Below are positions 8,830 through 18,013 of a DNA stretch of 64,000 nucleotides, in pieces (the stretch's first letter is position 1; the number at the start of each line of letters is the position of its first letter). A program made the translations under genes and the position numbers. The notes beneath the pieces were generated by a model. That model saw only the letters and a program-made list of their open reading frames with translations, searched no databases and was not told the origin of the DNA. Source of the DNA: a virus; IMG/VR virus record IMGVR_UViG_3300013212_000072, positions 17,299 to 81,298 of that record; one strand, given 5' to 3'.

Positions 8830-9090
8830 ATGAGTTACACAAGATTTGATAGACAAGAAAACATGGTTGCAGAAACTAGAACTGAAATTATGGGAATCAT
8901 TAGAGAAATTGGAGACAATGATTACTCTAGAAACCTAGAAAATATGATGTATGGTTTATTTGATGGATATTTATACGCTGAAATTCAAATTGAAGCCCTT
9001 CAATTACCTACCGAACTGGCTTCAAAAGTTATGAGAATCTTCGATATCTGTAACCGTTATCCTAAATACGAACCTCAAACAAATTATTAA
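8830..9090 (+). CDS. Hypothetical (probably early) protein
   Basis: ORF directly after the promoter cassette. Confidence 0.7.
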   Translation: MSYTRFDRQENMVAETRTEIMGIIREIGDNDYSRNLENMMYGLFDGYLYAEIQIEALQLPTELASKVMRIFDICNRYPKYEPQTNY

Positions 9091-9091
9091 G

Positions 9092-9223
9092 ATGAAAACT
9101 TTTAAAAAAAGATTTGATTTTCTTTGGATTCCGAGTTATCCGGGAATGTTAACTTTAATGTGGATGTGCATATTATTTGCAATTGCAGAAATTATAACTA
9201 TAGTATTAATATTGATAAATTAA
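9092..9223 (+). CDS. Small single-TM protein (43 aa), missing from the ORF track
   Basis: MKTFKKRFDFLWIPSYPGMLTLMWMCILFAIAEIITIVLILIN*; fills the gap exactly. Confidence 0.6.
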   Translation: MKTFKKRFDFLWIPSYPGMLTLMWMCILFAIAEIITIVLILIN

Positions 9224-9227
9224 ATAA

Positions 9228-9539
9228 ATGGAAACTTTCAAAAAAATAGAAGTAGTAAAAAACTTAGTTGCAAAATATCTTAAGGAAAACGGCGAACATG
9301 CTGGACTAAGCGAATTAGATTGTCAAAATGCGCATATTGTCGAAATAGGAACATCAATCTTATGTACCAAATGGCAAGTTGGATATGCTGGAGGTGGATT
9401 CGTTCAAGCAGTTGTAGATAACGATTTACAAGGTGCTATTGGTAGAGCAGATGGTACTAGTATTCGGGCTCTTAAATTCTATTGTCAATTAATGTATAAT
9501 GTCGGGATGCCTTACTTTAATGAGGAACTATTAAAATAA
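9228..9539 (+). CDS. Hypothetical protein
   Basis: GGFVQAVVDNDLQGAIGRAD motif; function not recognised. Confidence 0.65.
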   Translation: METFKKIEVVKNLVAKYLKENGEHAGLSELDCQNAHIVEIGTSILCTKWQVGYAGGGFVQAVVDNDLQGAIGRADGTSIRALKFYCQLMYNVGMPYFNEELLK

Positions 9540-9546
9540 TAAAAAC

Positions 9547-9933
9547 ATGGACATAAAAAATTTTAAATGTAATGGCATTAGTCTTAATTCAAATGCCGAT
9601 AAAGTAAAACCCTTTATTCAAACTGCAATATCTTTATATAGAATGAGAAACTCTTCTCATGAGATAATTGAAAAACTGGTACAAAATAATCCTAAGTATG
9701 ATTATTACCCTGGCACTAGATTTTCTAACAATGAAGCAATTGCTATTCGAATATGCTCAGGTCTTGTAGAATTAGCTTTAAATTCTGGCAAACAAGATAA
9801 TACAATTGAAGAGAATATCGAATCATTTGTGAATTCTCTATCTGGCACAGAACTAGACCAGATAATTTTAGAAGCTATGCGAGATTGTGCAAGTGCCGAC
9901 CACTGGTATGCTTTTGAAAAAGAATGGGATTAA
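9547..9933 (+). CDS. Hypothetical protein
   Basis: ORF within the operon. Confidence 0.65.
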   Translation: MDIKNFKCNGISLNSNADKVKPFIQTAISLYRMRNSSHEIIEKLVQNNPKYDYYPGTRFSNNEAIAIRICSGLVELALNSGKQDNTIEENIESFVNSLSGTELDQIILEAMRDCASADHWYAFEKEWD

Positions 9934-9958
9934 ACTTTTTAAATTAACTTAATATAAA
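9932..9958 (+). promoter_or_regulatory. AAAC-N17-TATAAA promoter
   Basis: aaac 9932-9935, tataaa 9953-9958. Confidence 0.6.
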
Positions 9959-9962
9959 ATAC

Positions 9963-10871
9963 ATGGGAGCTAACTACGGATATTGTTGTATAAATCTAAC
10001 TCTAGACAAGAGTGGTATTAAAATCGGGCGTTCAATGATTAAAAAGACCTTTGACGCAAAAGGTATCAAATACGCTGGAGAACTTGCCGAGGCAAATATC
10101 CGTGACATGATAGAAATTATTAAATGGAATCATAAAAACGGTGTTACATTATATCGTATGTCCTCTAGTATGTTTCCATGGATGTCAGAATACGAGCTTA
10201 CTGATTTGCCAAATTGGTCAACAATTTCAAATCTACTAAAGGGTGCTGGCACACTAGTGCAAAAATACGGACAGCGTGTTGGTTTTCATCCTGGACAGTT
10301 TTGTGTACTTCCAAGTCCAAATCAAAAAACCGTAGACAATTCTATTAAAGAACTCGACCAACATGCATTTATTCTTGATACTATGGGTCTACCGGTTAAT
10401 CAACAATACTCTATGAATATTCATGTTGGTGGTTCTTACGGAGATAAAGAAGCTGCAATCCTAAGATTCATTGAAAACTTTAAATTGTTATCTCCTTCTG
10501 CACAGTCTCGTTTAATCCTTGAAAACGACGATAAACCTGCGCAATATTCGGTAAGCGACCTTTACCGAATCTATCAAGCGGTTGGTACGCCTATCACCTT
10601 TGATTACCATCACCATCGATGTTACAATGACCCGATGTCCGAACAAGATGCTCTTCTTTTGGCAGCTCGTACTTGGCCTAAAGGTATTCGCCAATTGTGT
10701 CACTACTCAAGCGCTAAAAAATTACACGAGGATGCTTCTGTTATTATAAGAGCACATGCTGATTATTTGTATGAATTTATTGATACTTACGGTATGGAAA
10801 TAGACATTGAACTTGAAGTAAAAATGAAAGAGCTAGCTTTATTAAAATATTTTAAAGATTACTTACATTAA
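9963..10871 (+). CDS. uvsE: UV-damage endonuclease (UvsE/UvdE); last ~17 codons cassette-borne
   Basis: GYCCIN, YRMSS.MFP, HPGQF.VL.SP, NIHVGG.YG, RLILENDD, FDYHHH, HYS, HAD, ELEVK.KELAL. Confidence 0.92.
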   Translation: MGANYGYCCINLTLDKSGIKIGRSMIKKTFDAKGIKYAGELAEANIRDMIEIIKWNHKNGVTLYRMSSSMFPWMSEYELTDLPNWSTISNLLKGAGTLVQKYGQRVGFHPGQFCVLPSPNQKTVDNSIKELDQHAFILDTMGLPVNQQYSMNIHVGGSYGDKEAAILRFIENFKLLSPSAQSRLILENDDKPAQYSVSDLYRIYQAVGTPITFDYHHHRCYNDPMSEQDALLLAARTWPKGIRQLCHYSSAKKLHEDASVIIRAHADYLYEFIDTYGMEIDIELEVKMKELALLKYFKDYLH

Positions 10872-11704
10872 AATCAATAAATTTCAATAAGTAAGGTAAG
10901 GCAAAAGATATATAAAGTAAAGTAAAATAAACTATGTATACTAGAAACTGTCCTACGTGCAATAAAGAAATTTCATATTCAAATAAAGGTAATGCAGATA
11001 GAGCTATAAATGGTAAAAAGGTTTGTAAATCATGCTCGGTTAAACTTAGAAATAATGACAAAACATATTTAAACAAAATATCTGAATCTAGAAAAAAATA
11101 CTTTAAAGAATTGTCTGAAGAAGATAAAGAAATTTGGAAGTCTAATAACTCAAAAGCTCAAAAGAAAGCATGGGAGAATAAAAGTGATGAAGACAGAGAA
11201 AAATATGCAAAAAATGTAAGTGAACAATCAAAAGAAAGATGGAGTGACCCTGATTATACAGAAAGAGTTTCAACATCTATGAAAGAAAACCCATGGCCTA
11301 AAAATAAAACTCCTGAAGAAATTATTGAAATAAATAAAAGAACAACCACTACTAAATATGAAAAGTACGGAACATTATTTCCAGGAGGAGGAAACAAACA
11401 AAAGAAAACTATAATAAAAGGATTGATATGTGAAAGTTCATTTGAGTTAAAATATATTGAATCTTTAATTTCTAAAAATATAGAGTTGCCAAAAAATGCA
11501 AAACGTATTGAAACTCCATTTGGATATTATACTCCAGATTTTGAATATGAAGACAGATTTATAGAAATAAAGTGTGAGTTTACCTATAAGGTTTTAATTG
11601 GAGAATCTTCATTTAGTAAAAGTGGAAATTATAATCCAAAGCAATTAAATAAAATAAAGTGGGTTAGTGAAAATATTAAAAATGTAGAAATAATAGTTCT
11701 TTAG
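10818..11704 (+). mobile_element. Endonuclease cassette 3: replacement uvsE 3' end + promoter + PD-(D/E)XK nuclease gene
   Basis: Deleting 10819-11704 restores an in-frame uvsE ending ELEAKSKELALQKYQKEYILCEK*. Confidence 0.75.
10934..11704 (+). CDS. Zn-ribbon + PD-(D/E)XK putative homing endonuclease
   Basis: CPTC...CKSC, helical repeats, SSFE...YTPDFEY...FIEIK. GATATATA at 10907. Confidence 0.75.
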   Translation: MYTRNCPTCNKEISYSNKGNADRAINGKKVCKSCSVKLRNNDKTYLNKISESRKKYFKELSEEDKEIWKSNNSKAQKKAWENKSDEDREKYAKNVSEQSKERWSDPDYTERVSTSMKENPWPKNKTPEEIIEINKRTTTTKYEKYGTLFPGGGNKQKKTIIKGLICESSFELKYIESLISKNIELPKNAKRIETPFGYYTPDFEYEDRFIEIKCEFTYKVLIGESSFSKSGNYNPKQLNKIKWVSENIKNVEIIVL

Positions 11705-11766
11705 CAAAATCAAAAGAATTGGCTCTTCAAAAATACCAAAAAGAATATATACTCTGTGAAAAATAA
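11704..11766 (+). pseudogene. Stranded second (probably original) uvsE 3' end
   Basis: AKSKELALQKYQKEYILCEK* aligns without gaps to VKMKELALLKYFKDYLH*. Confidence 0.8.
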
Positions 11767-12073
11767 AACAATTGAGTTAGACAAACTAAAAAAGGAAGTT
11801 AACCTATTTTTAGAGGCTCTTAAAAAAGAGGGCATTGAAACAAAATCAATGTCTAAACTTTTAACAACATGTGTTATAGAACGCAGACCTTTAACTGATG
11901 AAGAGGGTAAGAAGTTTGCAAATCAATTAAAAAATCTGGTTAAGACTCTTGGACTGGCAACAATAATCCTAATGCCAGGAGGTTCAATATTCTTTATATT
12001 AATACACTATCTTAAACTTCGAGACTACTTTCTTTCAGACAGTTTTAATTATTTAAAAAATAAAGATATATAA
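11756..12073 (+). CDS. LETM1-like small membrane protein
   Basis: QLKNLVKTLGLATIILMPGGSIFFIL...LSDSF resembles the bacterial LETM1-related motif. GTG start. Confidence 0.5.
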   Translation: MKNKTIELDKLKKEVNLFLEALKKEGIETKSMSKLLTTCVIERRPLTDEEGKKFANQLKNLVKTLGLATIILMPGGSIFFILIHYLKLRDYFLSDSFNYLKNKDI

Positions 12074-12099
12074 AATCTAAACAAAAATACAAATATATT

Positions 12100-12582
12100 A
12101 TGGCAAGTATTAAAAGATTCGAAGAATTTGTCTCAGAAATGGACAGAGCCGAAGAAATAGAAGCAGACGTTGTTGCTAAAGGAACTCCTGATGTTAAATC
12201 TGAAGAAGAAACAGAAGAGGAAGCAGAAGAGGTTCAAGGATTAGACGAAGCTGTCGAAGCAAACATTGGAGATGACGCTGAAGAAATTAAAGAAGAGACT
12301 AAACCTGTTTCAGAACTATTAAAAGATTGCTACGAGGCAGTTATTGCAGAGGCTAAAGCATGGGAAGAAGATGCGCACGATGAGCATACTGTAGAAACAT
12401 ATATGGCTGAAAATGCAGCACTTGTTGCAGGTATGGCAGCTAATTGTGTTAAAGAAATGAAAAAAGACATGGCTTCTGAAGCATATGAAGCATGCTTAAA
12501 CAAAATGAGCGAGGCTTTCAGTAAGAAAATTAATGAAAATAAAGAGGCCACTGCAGCTACAGACGCTGAAGATATTAAATAA
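12100..12582 (+). CDS. Acidic protein with capsid-targeting-like N-terminus (internal head/core protein candidate)
   Basis: MASIKRFEEFVSE; very E-rich; GATATATA at 12065. Confidence 0.55.
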   Translation: MASIKRFEEFVSEMDRAEEIEADVVAKGTPDVKSEEETEEEAEEVQGLDEAVEANIGDDAEEIKEETKPVSELLKDCYEAVIAEAKAWEEDAHDEHTVETYMAENAALVAGMAANCVKEMKKDMASEAYEACLNKMSEAFSKKINENKEATAATDAEDIK

Positions 12583-12601
12583 TAAATCCGGTCCAACCGG
12601 T

Positions 12602-12649
12602 AAACTAAATAAAAAGTCTATATATAATAAACATATATAGACTTTTTTT
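12602..12649 (+). terminator. 15-bp inverted repeat/T-run overlapping an AAAC-N17-TATAAT promoter
   Basis: Arms 12611-12625/12633-12647; aaac 12602, tataat 12623. Confidence 0.6.
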
Positions 12650-13165
12650 ATGCCAAAAATTCCGACAGAGATAATTTATATGCAGTGCGCATATCAGTTC
12701 GCAAAACTTAGTTATGCTGAACGCAGAAAGGTAGGATGTGTTATTGTTAAAGACAAACAAGTAATTTCATTTGGCTACAATGGTACTCCCCATGGATTCG
12801 AAAATGAATGCGAAGATATTGAAACTAGGCATTATGATAATCCAGCCGCTGCCGAAATGTTAGAAGATATGGGTTGGACAATTCCCCATGACAATAGCTG
12901 CACGTGCTATAGAAGTATTACTAAACGAGAAGTCTTACACGCAGAATCCAATGCAATTATGAAAGTTGCAAAATCTACAATGAGTTGTGAAGGAGCTGAT
13001 TTATATACTACAACATGCCCATGTTTTGATTGCGCAAAATTAATTATACAAGCTGGAATTAAAAAGGTATACTACACCGAAGATTATAGAGATATGAGTG
13101 GTGTTGAACTACTTAAAAGAGCAGAAATTGAAGTTGAACAAGTAATAACATGGAATGAGCATTAA
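12650..13165 (+). CDS. dCMP deaminase
   Basis: VGCVIV, GYNGTP, HAESNA, PCFDC. Confidence 0.93.
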   Translation: MPKIPTEIIYMQCAYQFAKLSYAERRKVGCVIVKDKQVISFGYNGTPHGFENECEDIETRHYDNPAAAEMLEDMGWTIPHDNSCTCYRSITKREVLHAESNAIMKVAKSTMSCEGADLYTTTCPCFDCAKLIIQAGIKKVYYTEDYRDMSGVELLKRAEIEVEQVITWNEH

Positions 13166-13355
13166 TAATATATTTGTCCCGGCAAAGAAAGAGTTAAAAC
13201 AATTTCTTAAAGATAATGGCAGTGAACTATTTTATGTAAGATATGTGAAAAACGTCGATGCATTAATTGGTAGTTCAAAGTCTGTAGATTACATAGATAA
13301 ATTTAAAAACAAATATCGAAATGAAAGTGATTCAGTCTTTTTTGAATTGGACTAA
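13155..13355 (+). CDS. Hypothetical protein
   Basis: Short co-directional ORF. Confidence 0.55.
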   Translation: MSINNIFVPAKKELKQFLKDNGSELFYVRYVKNVDALIGSSKSVDYIDKFKNKYRNESDSVFFELD

Positions 13356-13401
13356 GAAACATTTTTTCAAAAAGCAATATAATTATAAAAATACATTAAA
13401 A

Positions 13402-13926
13402 ATGGAACTAGTGAAAGACACTGTAAAAAAATATCAATGGAAAGCTGGAGATGACTTTGGTAAAATAGTTGAAGTCGAATCAAAAGATGGAGAATTTACA
13501 AACTTCACAGATGGTAGTAGAATATTTAATGAAGTTTTACCTGAATTTCTAGAAGAAATTATAGATGGTGTAATTCCACTTCCAGGAATAGATCAATTAT
13601 CTGGAATGGCGCAAGGAATTAAAGTAACTCAAAACAAAAAACCAGCAGATACTAAAATAGTCCATGTTGAACCTAAAGAGTCTCCGTTAGAACAATTAGT
13701 TAACAAACTTTCTAAAAAGAACGTTGAACCCTTTGAAGCTAAAATTAATCTAAACATACCAAATAAAAAGGTATTTGAGATGCTAATAGATAATGCAGAT
13801 GAAGATAGAGAAGAATTAATTAAGACCATTGCAAAAGTGGCAGTGTCTCAAATCGAGATACATAAACTACAAGAATATTTAACTGAAGAAGTATCAATTT
13901 TTATAAACAATTACTATAATGACTAA
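13402..13926 (+). CDS. Hypothetical protein
   Basis: ATG 13402 is preferred over 13321 because AAAC-N17-TATAAT lies at 13357-13383. Confidence 0.65.
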   Translation: MELVKDTVKKYQWKAGDDFGKIVEVESKDGEFTNFTDGSRIFNEVLPEFLEEIIDGVIPLPGIDQLSGMAQGIKVTQNKKPADTKIVHVEPKESPLEQLVNKLSKKNVEPFEAKINLNIPNKKVFEMLIDNADEDREELIKTIAKVAVSQIEIHKLQEYLTEEVSIFINNYYND

Positions 13927-14311
13927 AACAGAAACGGTCTCTAGAAGACAAAGAAGAGCTCAATTGAAAGCAATGGGTTATCTAAAAATTAAAAACATGT
14001 TAAATCCACTTTCTCCTGAAGGTAGAGAATTACGCGAAACTCTTCGTTCAAATTCTAAAGCAACAACAGAAGCTTTTGAAAAAAGAATGATGGAACAATT
14101 AGAAGAGCAATTAGCACAAAAAGCTGAAAGTAGAAAAGAAACCTGGAAGCAAATTGGTTATAATGATGCAGAAATTGAAATGCTAAGCGAGGCATTTTTT
14201 ACATTGACTGTTAAAAATAAACAAACTCTTAGAGAGGACAAAAAAGCGGCTAGAAAACTAATGAAAGACGCTAAAGATTCATTAATGCAAAGAGTAAATG
14301 CAAACAGTTAA
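13919..14311 (+). CDS. Hypothetical basic/helical protein
   Basis: Overlapping ORF within the operon. Confidence 0.65.
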   Translation: MTKTETVSRRQRRAQLKAMGYLKIKNMLNPLSPEGRELRETLRSNSKATTEAFEKRMMEQLEEQLAQKAESRKETWKQIGYNDAEIEMLSEAFFTLTVKNKQTLREDKKAARKLMKDAKDSLMQRVNANS

Positions 14312-14633
14312 GATAACACTAGCAGACAACGGTGTTATTAAAACGGTAGTAGATGATAATATTAATGCTGGAGGGGAAAGTTATGAATCAACAGTAGTAT
14401 ATGATTTTTCTGACCAAATTTCCAAAATTAAATTCATTGAAGACCTTTGCATCGACATAGGTCTTTCTTTTGGTAATTCCAAAAGTAAAAACCAAATCAA
14501 AATTATTGAATCATGGGGAGTTGATTATATTCCGAATGATAAAGATAAAAATGAAAAAATAGAAGCTATTAAGTCCGATCTTAAGAGATTATCGGGTGGC
14601 AAGTTAACAGTTAATGAACAACCTACAAATTGA
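14298..14633 (+). CDS. Hypothetical protein
   Basis: Overlapping ORF within the operon. Confidence 0.65.
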   Translation: MQTVKITLADNGVIKTVVDDNINAGGESYESTVVYDFSDQISKIKFIEDLCIDIGLSFGNSKSKNQIKIIESWGVDYIPNDKDKNEKIEAIKSDLKRLSGGKLTVNEQPTN

Positions 14634-15021
14634 TTGCATTTGGTGCCCATCACGAAGAGATTTTAACAGGTTTATTAAAGGTACAATAAAAGAGTCGACT
14701 AAAATAATTGACTTTTTTAGTATTAAAAATAAACTTATTAAAGCTGACCCGTACTGCGGAGACCCGAATGACTCAATCATTGGATTAACAATAATAAATG
14801 AAATTACGCGATGCTTACGTTCCGATACAAAGGATGTAGATCGCGTAATTTATGTTTTTAGAAACCTTGATTATGATATTATAAGCAACTTCAAAACATT
14901 AATTCAAACAAATACTGAAAGAGAACTTCAAATCTCTTTAATCGTCATCGATAAACATAAAATTATTGATGATACAGTATCATCTCAATTCGACAGTATT
15001 CAACTAATACAAAATGATTAG
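14614..15021 (+). CDS. Hypothetical protein
   Basis: Overlapping ORF within the operon. Confidence 0.65.
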   Translation: MNNLQIDCIWCPSRRDFNRFIKGTIKESTKIIDFFSIKNKLIKADPYCGDPNDSIIGLTIINEITRCLRSDTKDVDRVIYVFRNLDYDIISNFKTLIQTNTERELQISLIVIDKHKIIDDTVSSQFDSIQLIQND

Positions 15022-15601
15022 ACATAAACTTTTTTCAAAGGGTGAATACATCAATGTTCTAATAACTAATAATAGATATAGCAATATTGTTTTCCCTGTT
15101 AAAGCAATAATCCACGATATTGAGTTTAACGATAAAATGCCCAGATATCAGATTAGAATTGTTAAATTTTATGATGACATAGACTTTCTTAAAAGATACA
15201 TGTTTGATATGAAATTTGACCGCTCATTTGAGGGTGGACATACCATCTTTAGAATTTCCAGAACAAATATCCCAAGTGTAAAAGAACTTCAGAACTATAT
15301 TGATTCAAAGTGGGAAACCTTCTTAATAGTTGTAGACTCTGTGATGTGCGTTAGAACTTATGATGAACTTAATGAGTTACAGAACAACATCCAAGACTTC
15401 TTAGTTGAAAAGTCTATTAGAGACCTTTATGAACTTACATCTCGGTCAACATATTCAAAGGGTAAATATTATTATGAAAGTCGAGGAGTATTTGAAGCAC
15501 ATATTAAAAAGTTTCTAGACAAAAGAGCCGGAACCCAAAAGGATTATTTTGATAAATTATTGTATAGACCTCTATCTATTGACTACGATAATTTAGAATA
15601 G
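15014..15601 (+). CDS. Hypothetical protein
   Basis: Overlapping ORF within the operon. Confidence 0.65.
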   Translation: MIRHKLFSKGEYINVLITNNRYSNIVFPVKAIIHDIEFNDKMPRYQIRIVKFYDDIDFLKRYMFDMKFDRSFEGGHTIFRISRTNIPSVKELQNYIDSKWETFLIVVDSVMCVRTYDELNELQNNIQDFLVEKSIRDLYELTSRSTYSKGKYYYESRGVFEAHIKKFLDKRAGTQKDYFDKLLYRPLSIDYDNLE

Positions 15602-15644
15602 CCAGTTTCTATGATATATACTTAAACAAATATATTTAATAGGA

Positions 15645-17522
15645 ATGGCTGGAGAAAAAGGCTGGTTTGATAAAGCAAAAGAAAAGGTTGGATCTGCGTT
15701 TAAAACTACTAAAGATTCCTCAATAGGAAAGGGTTTTATTAACATTGTTAAAAATGTAACTGGATTTGACCTTGAAAATTTAGATGGAACAAATCCCGAT
15801 GGGGTGCATTCTGGATCTGATAATTTGTATAGAAGACCTGTTGGAGCTAATAAAAAAAATCCAGATCTAACACAGTTACGAGCCGCGGCGCAGGATGCTC
15901 CTTTTGCAATAACAGGTTCGAAAACAGGTTCTAAATACTATACTGAAATTGTTGATTCTGAAATATATACATCAACTTCTCCAACATCAAAAGGCAAACG
16001 GTTTGATGTTGGCAAAAAACCATATTCTCATTTTAATAAATATTCGCTGATTAACTATAGAGGTACTCCGCTAGACATAACGCCAAATGGATTTGAATCT
16101 AATATTGGAGGAAATACGGTTTATCAAAAAATAGATATGCAGACTCTTCAAAATCCAACGGTAACTCAGATTATAGAAAGAACTTCAGCAATTGCTATTG
16201 GAACTGGAAAAGATGCACAAACTGCTGATAATTATGCATACAGATACCAATATTCAGATTTTGCACTAGCAAAATACTACGGCAAAATACCAAACAATAT
16301 GCTTATTACTCTTCGTAGATTTGCATACCCTGCTCCTGACGATATTATAACTCCAAAAGGTTTACATAAAGATGGAAAAACTATGGTAAGCATTCAACAG
16401 CCGGATATTGCGAGAGCAGTAACATGGATTGGTGAAGCACCTGGAAATGCAATTGGAGAAATAATAAAATTTAAAAATGGATTTGGATGGGATGAAGCAG
16501 AATCTCAGGCACAAGAGATAACTTCAAAACAACAAGCCGCTTCAGGATCTTTTGGAAATGCTGTTCAAAGCAATATGATACTGTCTGCAATGGCCAACGC
16601 AGGTGCAGGTAGAGATGCAGTTGCATCAAATATGAATAAACAAAATGCAGGATATGATTCGTTTAAAGAAACATATCCAAATCATGTTTTTGGTCCATTA
16701 AATGTTATTAAAAAAGTATTAATTAGAAAGCAGGGTCTTGAATTTGACCAAACATTTACACTTAAGTTTGAATATGAATTAAGAGCATTTGAAGGAGCAA
16801 ACCCTAAAATTATGATGCTGGACCAACTTGCAAATATTTTGGCATTAACATATAACAATGCTCCTTTTTGGGGAGGATCTGTTAGATATATTAGTGATGG
16901 GGCGGTTGCAAAACCATTAGGTAATCTAGAAAAACTTCGAGAAGGAGATTATCTTGGATTTGCTGGAAGCATTGCTGATGATATGAGTAAAATGTTCACT
17001 GGAGTTGGTGCTGGTGTTGGAGGTGCTGTAGGAGCATTAATGAGAGGCGACTTTAGCGCTGCACTAGGAGCTCTTAAGGATAATAAGTTTTTAAATAATC
17101 TTATTGGAGGTGCTGCAATGGAAATGTTTAATACTCCGCAAGGATCTATGGCAGTTCAGTCATTGCTTACTGGTGACCCCACCGGACAATGGCATGTAAC
17201 TATAGGTAATCCTCTTAATCCAATAATGGTGATTGGAAATTTATGCATGCAAGATTGTGAAATTACATTTTCAGGTGGCATGGGAATTCAAGATTTTCCA
17301 GAACACATGTCTGTTGTTATTACATTAAAACCAGGTCGACCAAGAGATAAAGCTGAAATTGAATCAATGTTTAACTCAGGAAGAGGTCGTTTTTATGTTC
17401 AACCTGATGATACTGCTGATATTAACAAAACAGTGGATGTTAGTGCATATGGAAATAAGGATAGAAAAGGATCTGGTACAGATACATTCATAAACAATTT
17501 TAGAAAATTAAGCAACGGATAA
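15645..17522 (+). CDS. Virion structural protein, probably baseplate/tube-initiator
   Basis: GATATATA at 15613; directly upstream of the gp53-like gene; C-terminal HVTIGNP...FP...V.ITLKP resembles a tube fold. Confidence 0.5.
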   Translation: MAGEKGWFDKAKEKVGSAFKTTKDSSIGKGFINIVKNVTGFDLENLDGTNPDGVHSGSDNLYRRPVGANKKNPDLTQLRAAAQDAPFAITGSKTGSKYYTEIVDSEIYTSTSPTSKGKRFDVGKKPYSHFNKYSLINYRGTPLDITPNGFESNIGGNTVYQKIDMQTLQNPTVTQIIERTSAIAIGTGKDAQTADNYAYRYQYSDFALAKYYGKIPNNMLITLRRFAYPAPDDIITPKGLHKDGKTMVSIQQPDIARAVTWIGEAPGNAIGEIIKFKNGFGWDEAESQAQEITSKQQAASGSFGNAVQSNMILSAMANAGAGRDAVASNMNKQNAGYDSFKETYPNHVFGPLNVIKKVLIRKQGLEFDQTFTLKFEYELRAFEGANPKIMMLDQLANILALTYNNAPFWGGSVRYISDGAVAKPLGNLEKLREGDYLGFAGSIADDMSKMFTGVGAGVGGAVGALMRGDFSAALGALKDNKFLNNLIGGAAMEMFNTPQGSMAVQSLLTGDPTGQWHVTIGNPLNPIMVIGNLCMQDCEITFSGGMGIQDFPEHMSVVITLKPGRPRDKAEIESMFNSGRGRFYVQPDDTADINKTVDVSAYGNKDRKGSGTDTFINNFRKLSNG

Positions 17523-18013
17523 TGGAGTTTTATACACTAAATAGTAAAAAAATAGTAAATGATAAATTTAAGTTTACCAAGCCTACTCTTGTATTTTTAA
17601 ATACAAATGAGACTATTGCAGAGCATACAGTAACTGAGGATCAGGTTGGTAGAATTGATTTAATTTCACTACTATATTATAGAAGTGCAGATTATTGTGA
17701 TTATATATTAAAATGGAATGGAATTTCAAATCCATTCTGTTTAAAACTTGGAGATGTTATTAACATTCCAAATCATAGAAATTCAATTCAAAGTATTACA
17801 GAAATTAAAGTCTTAAATACAACAAATGAGCCTTCAATTAGAGACCAGTTTGTCGATACTAAAAGACTTTCGGTTAAAGATGCTGCACGAATTGAGTATC
17901 TACAAAGAAAAGCTACACAAAAACCAAATGGAGCAAAACAAATTTTACCTCCAAATATCTTAAAAGAAGGAGACACTAATATTAAAATCGGTAACGGTCA
18001 AATTGTAATCTAA
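17522..18013 (+). CDS. Baseplate wedge protein, T4 gp53/LysM-like
   Basis: HTVTED..GRIDLIS..YY....DYILKWNGISNPF.L..GDVINIP. Confidence 0.75.
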   Translation: MEFYTLNSKKIVNDKFKFTKPTLVFLNTNETIAEHTVTEDQVGRIDLISLLYYRSADYCDYILKWNGISNPFCLKLGDVINIPNHRNSIQSITEIKVLNTTNEPSIRDQFVDTKRLSVKDAARIEYLQRKATQKPNGAKQILPPNILKEGDTNIKIGNGQIVI

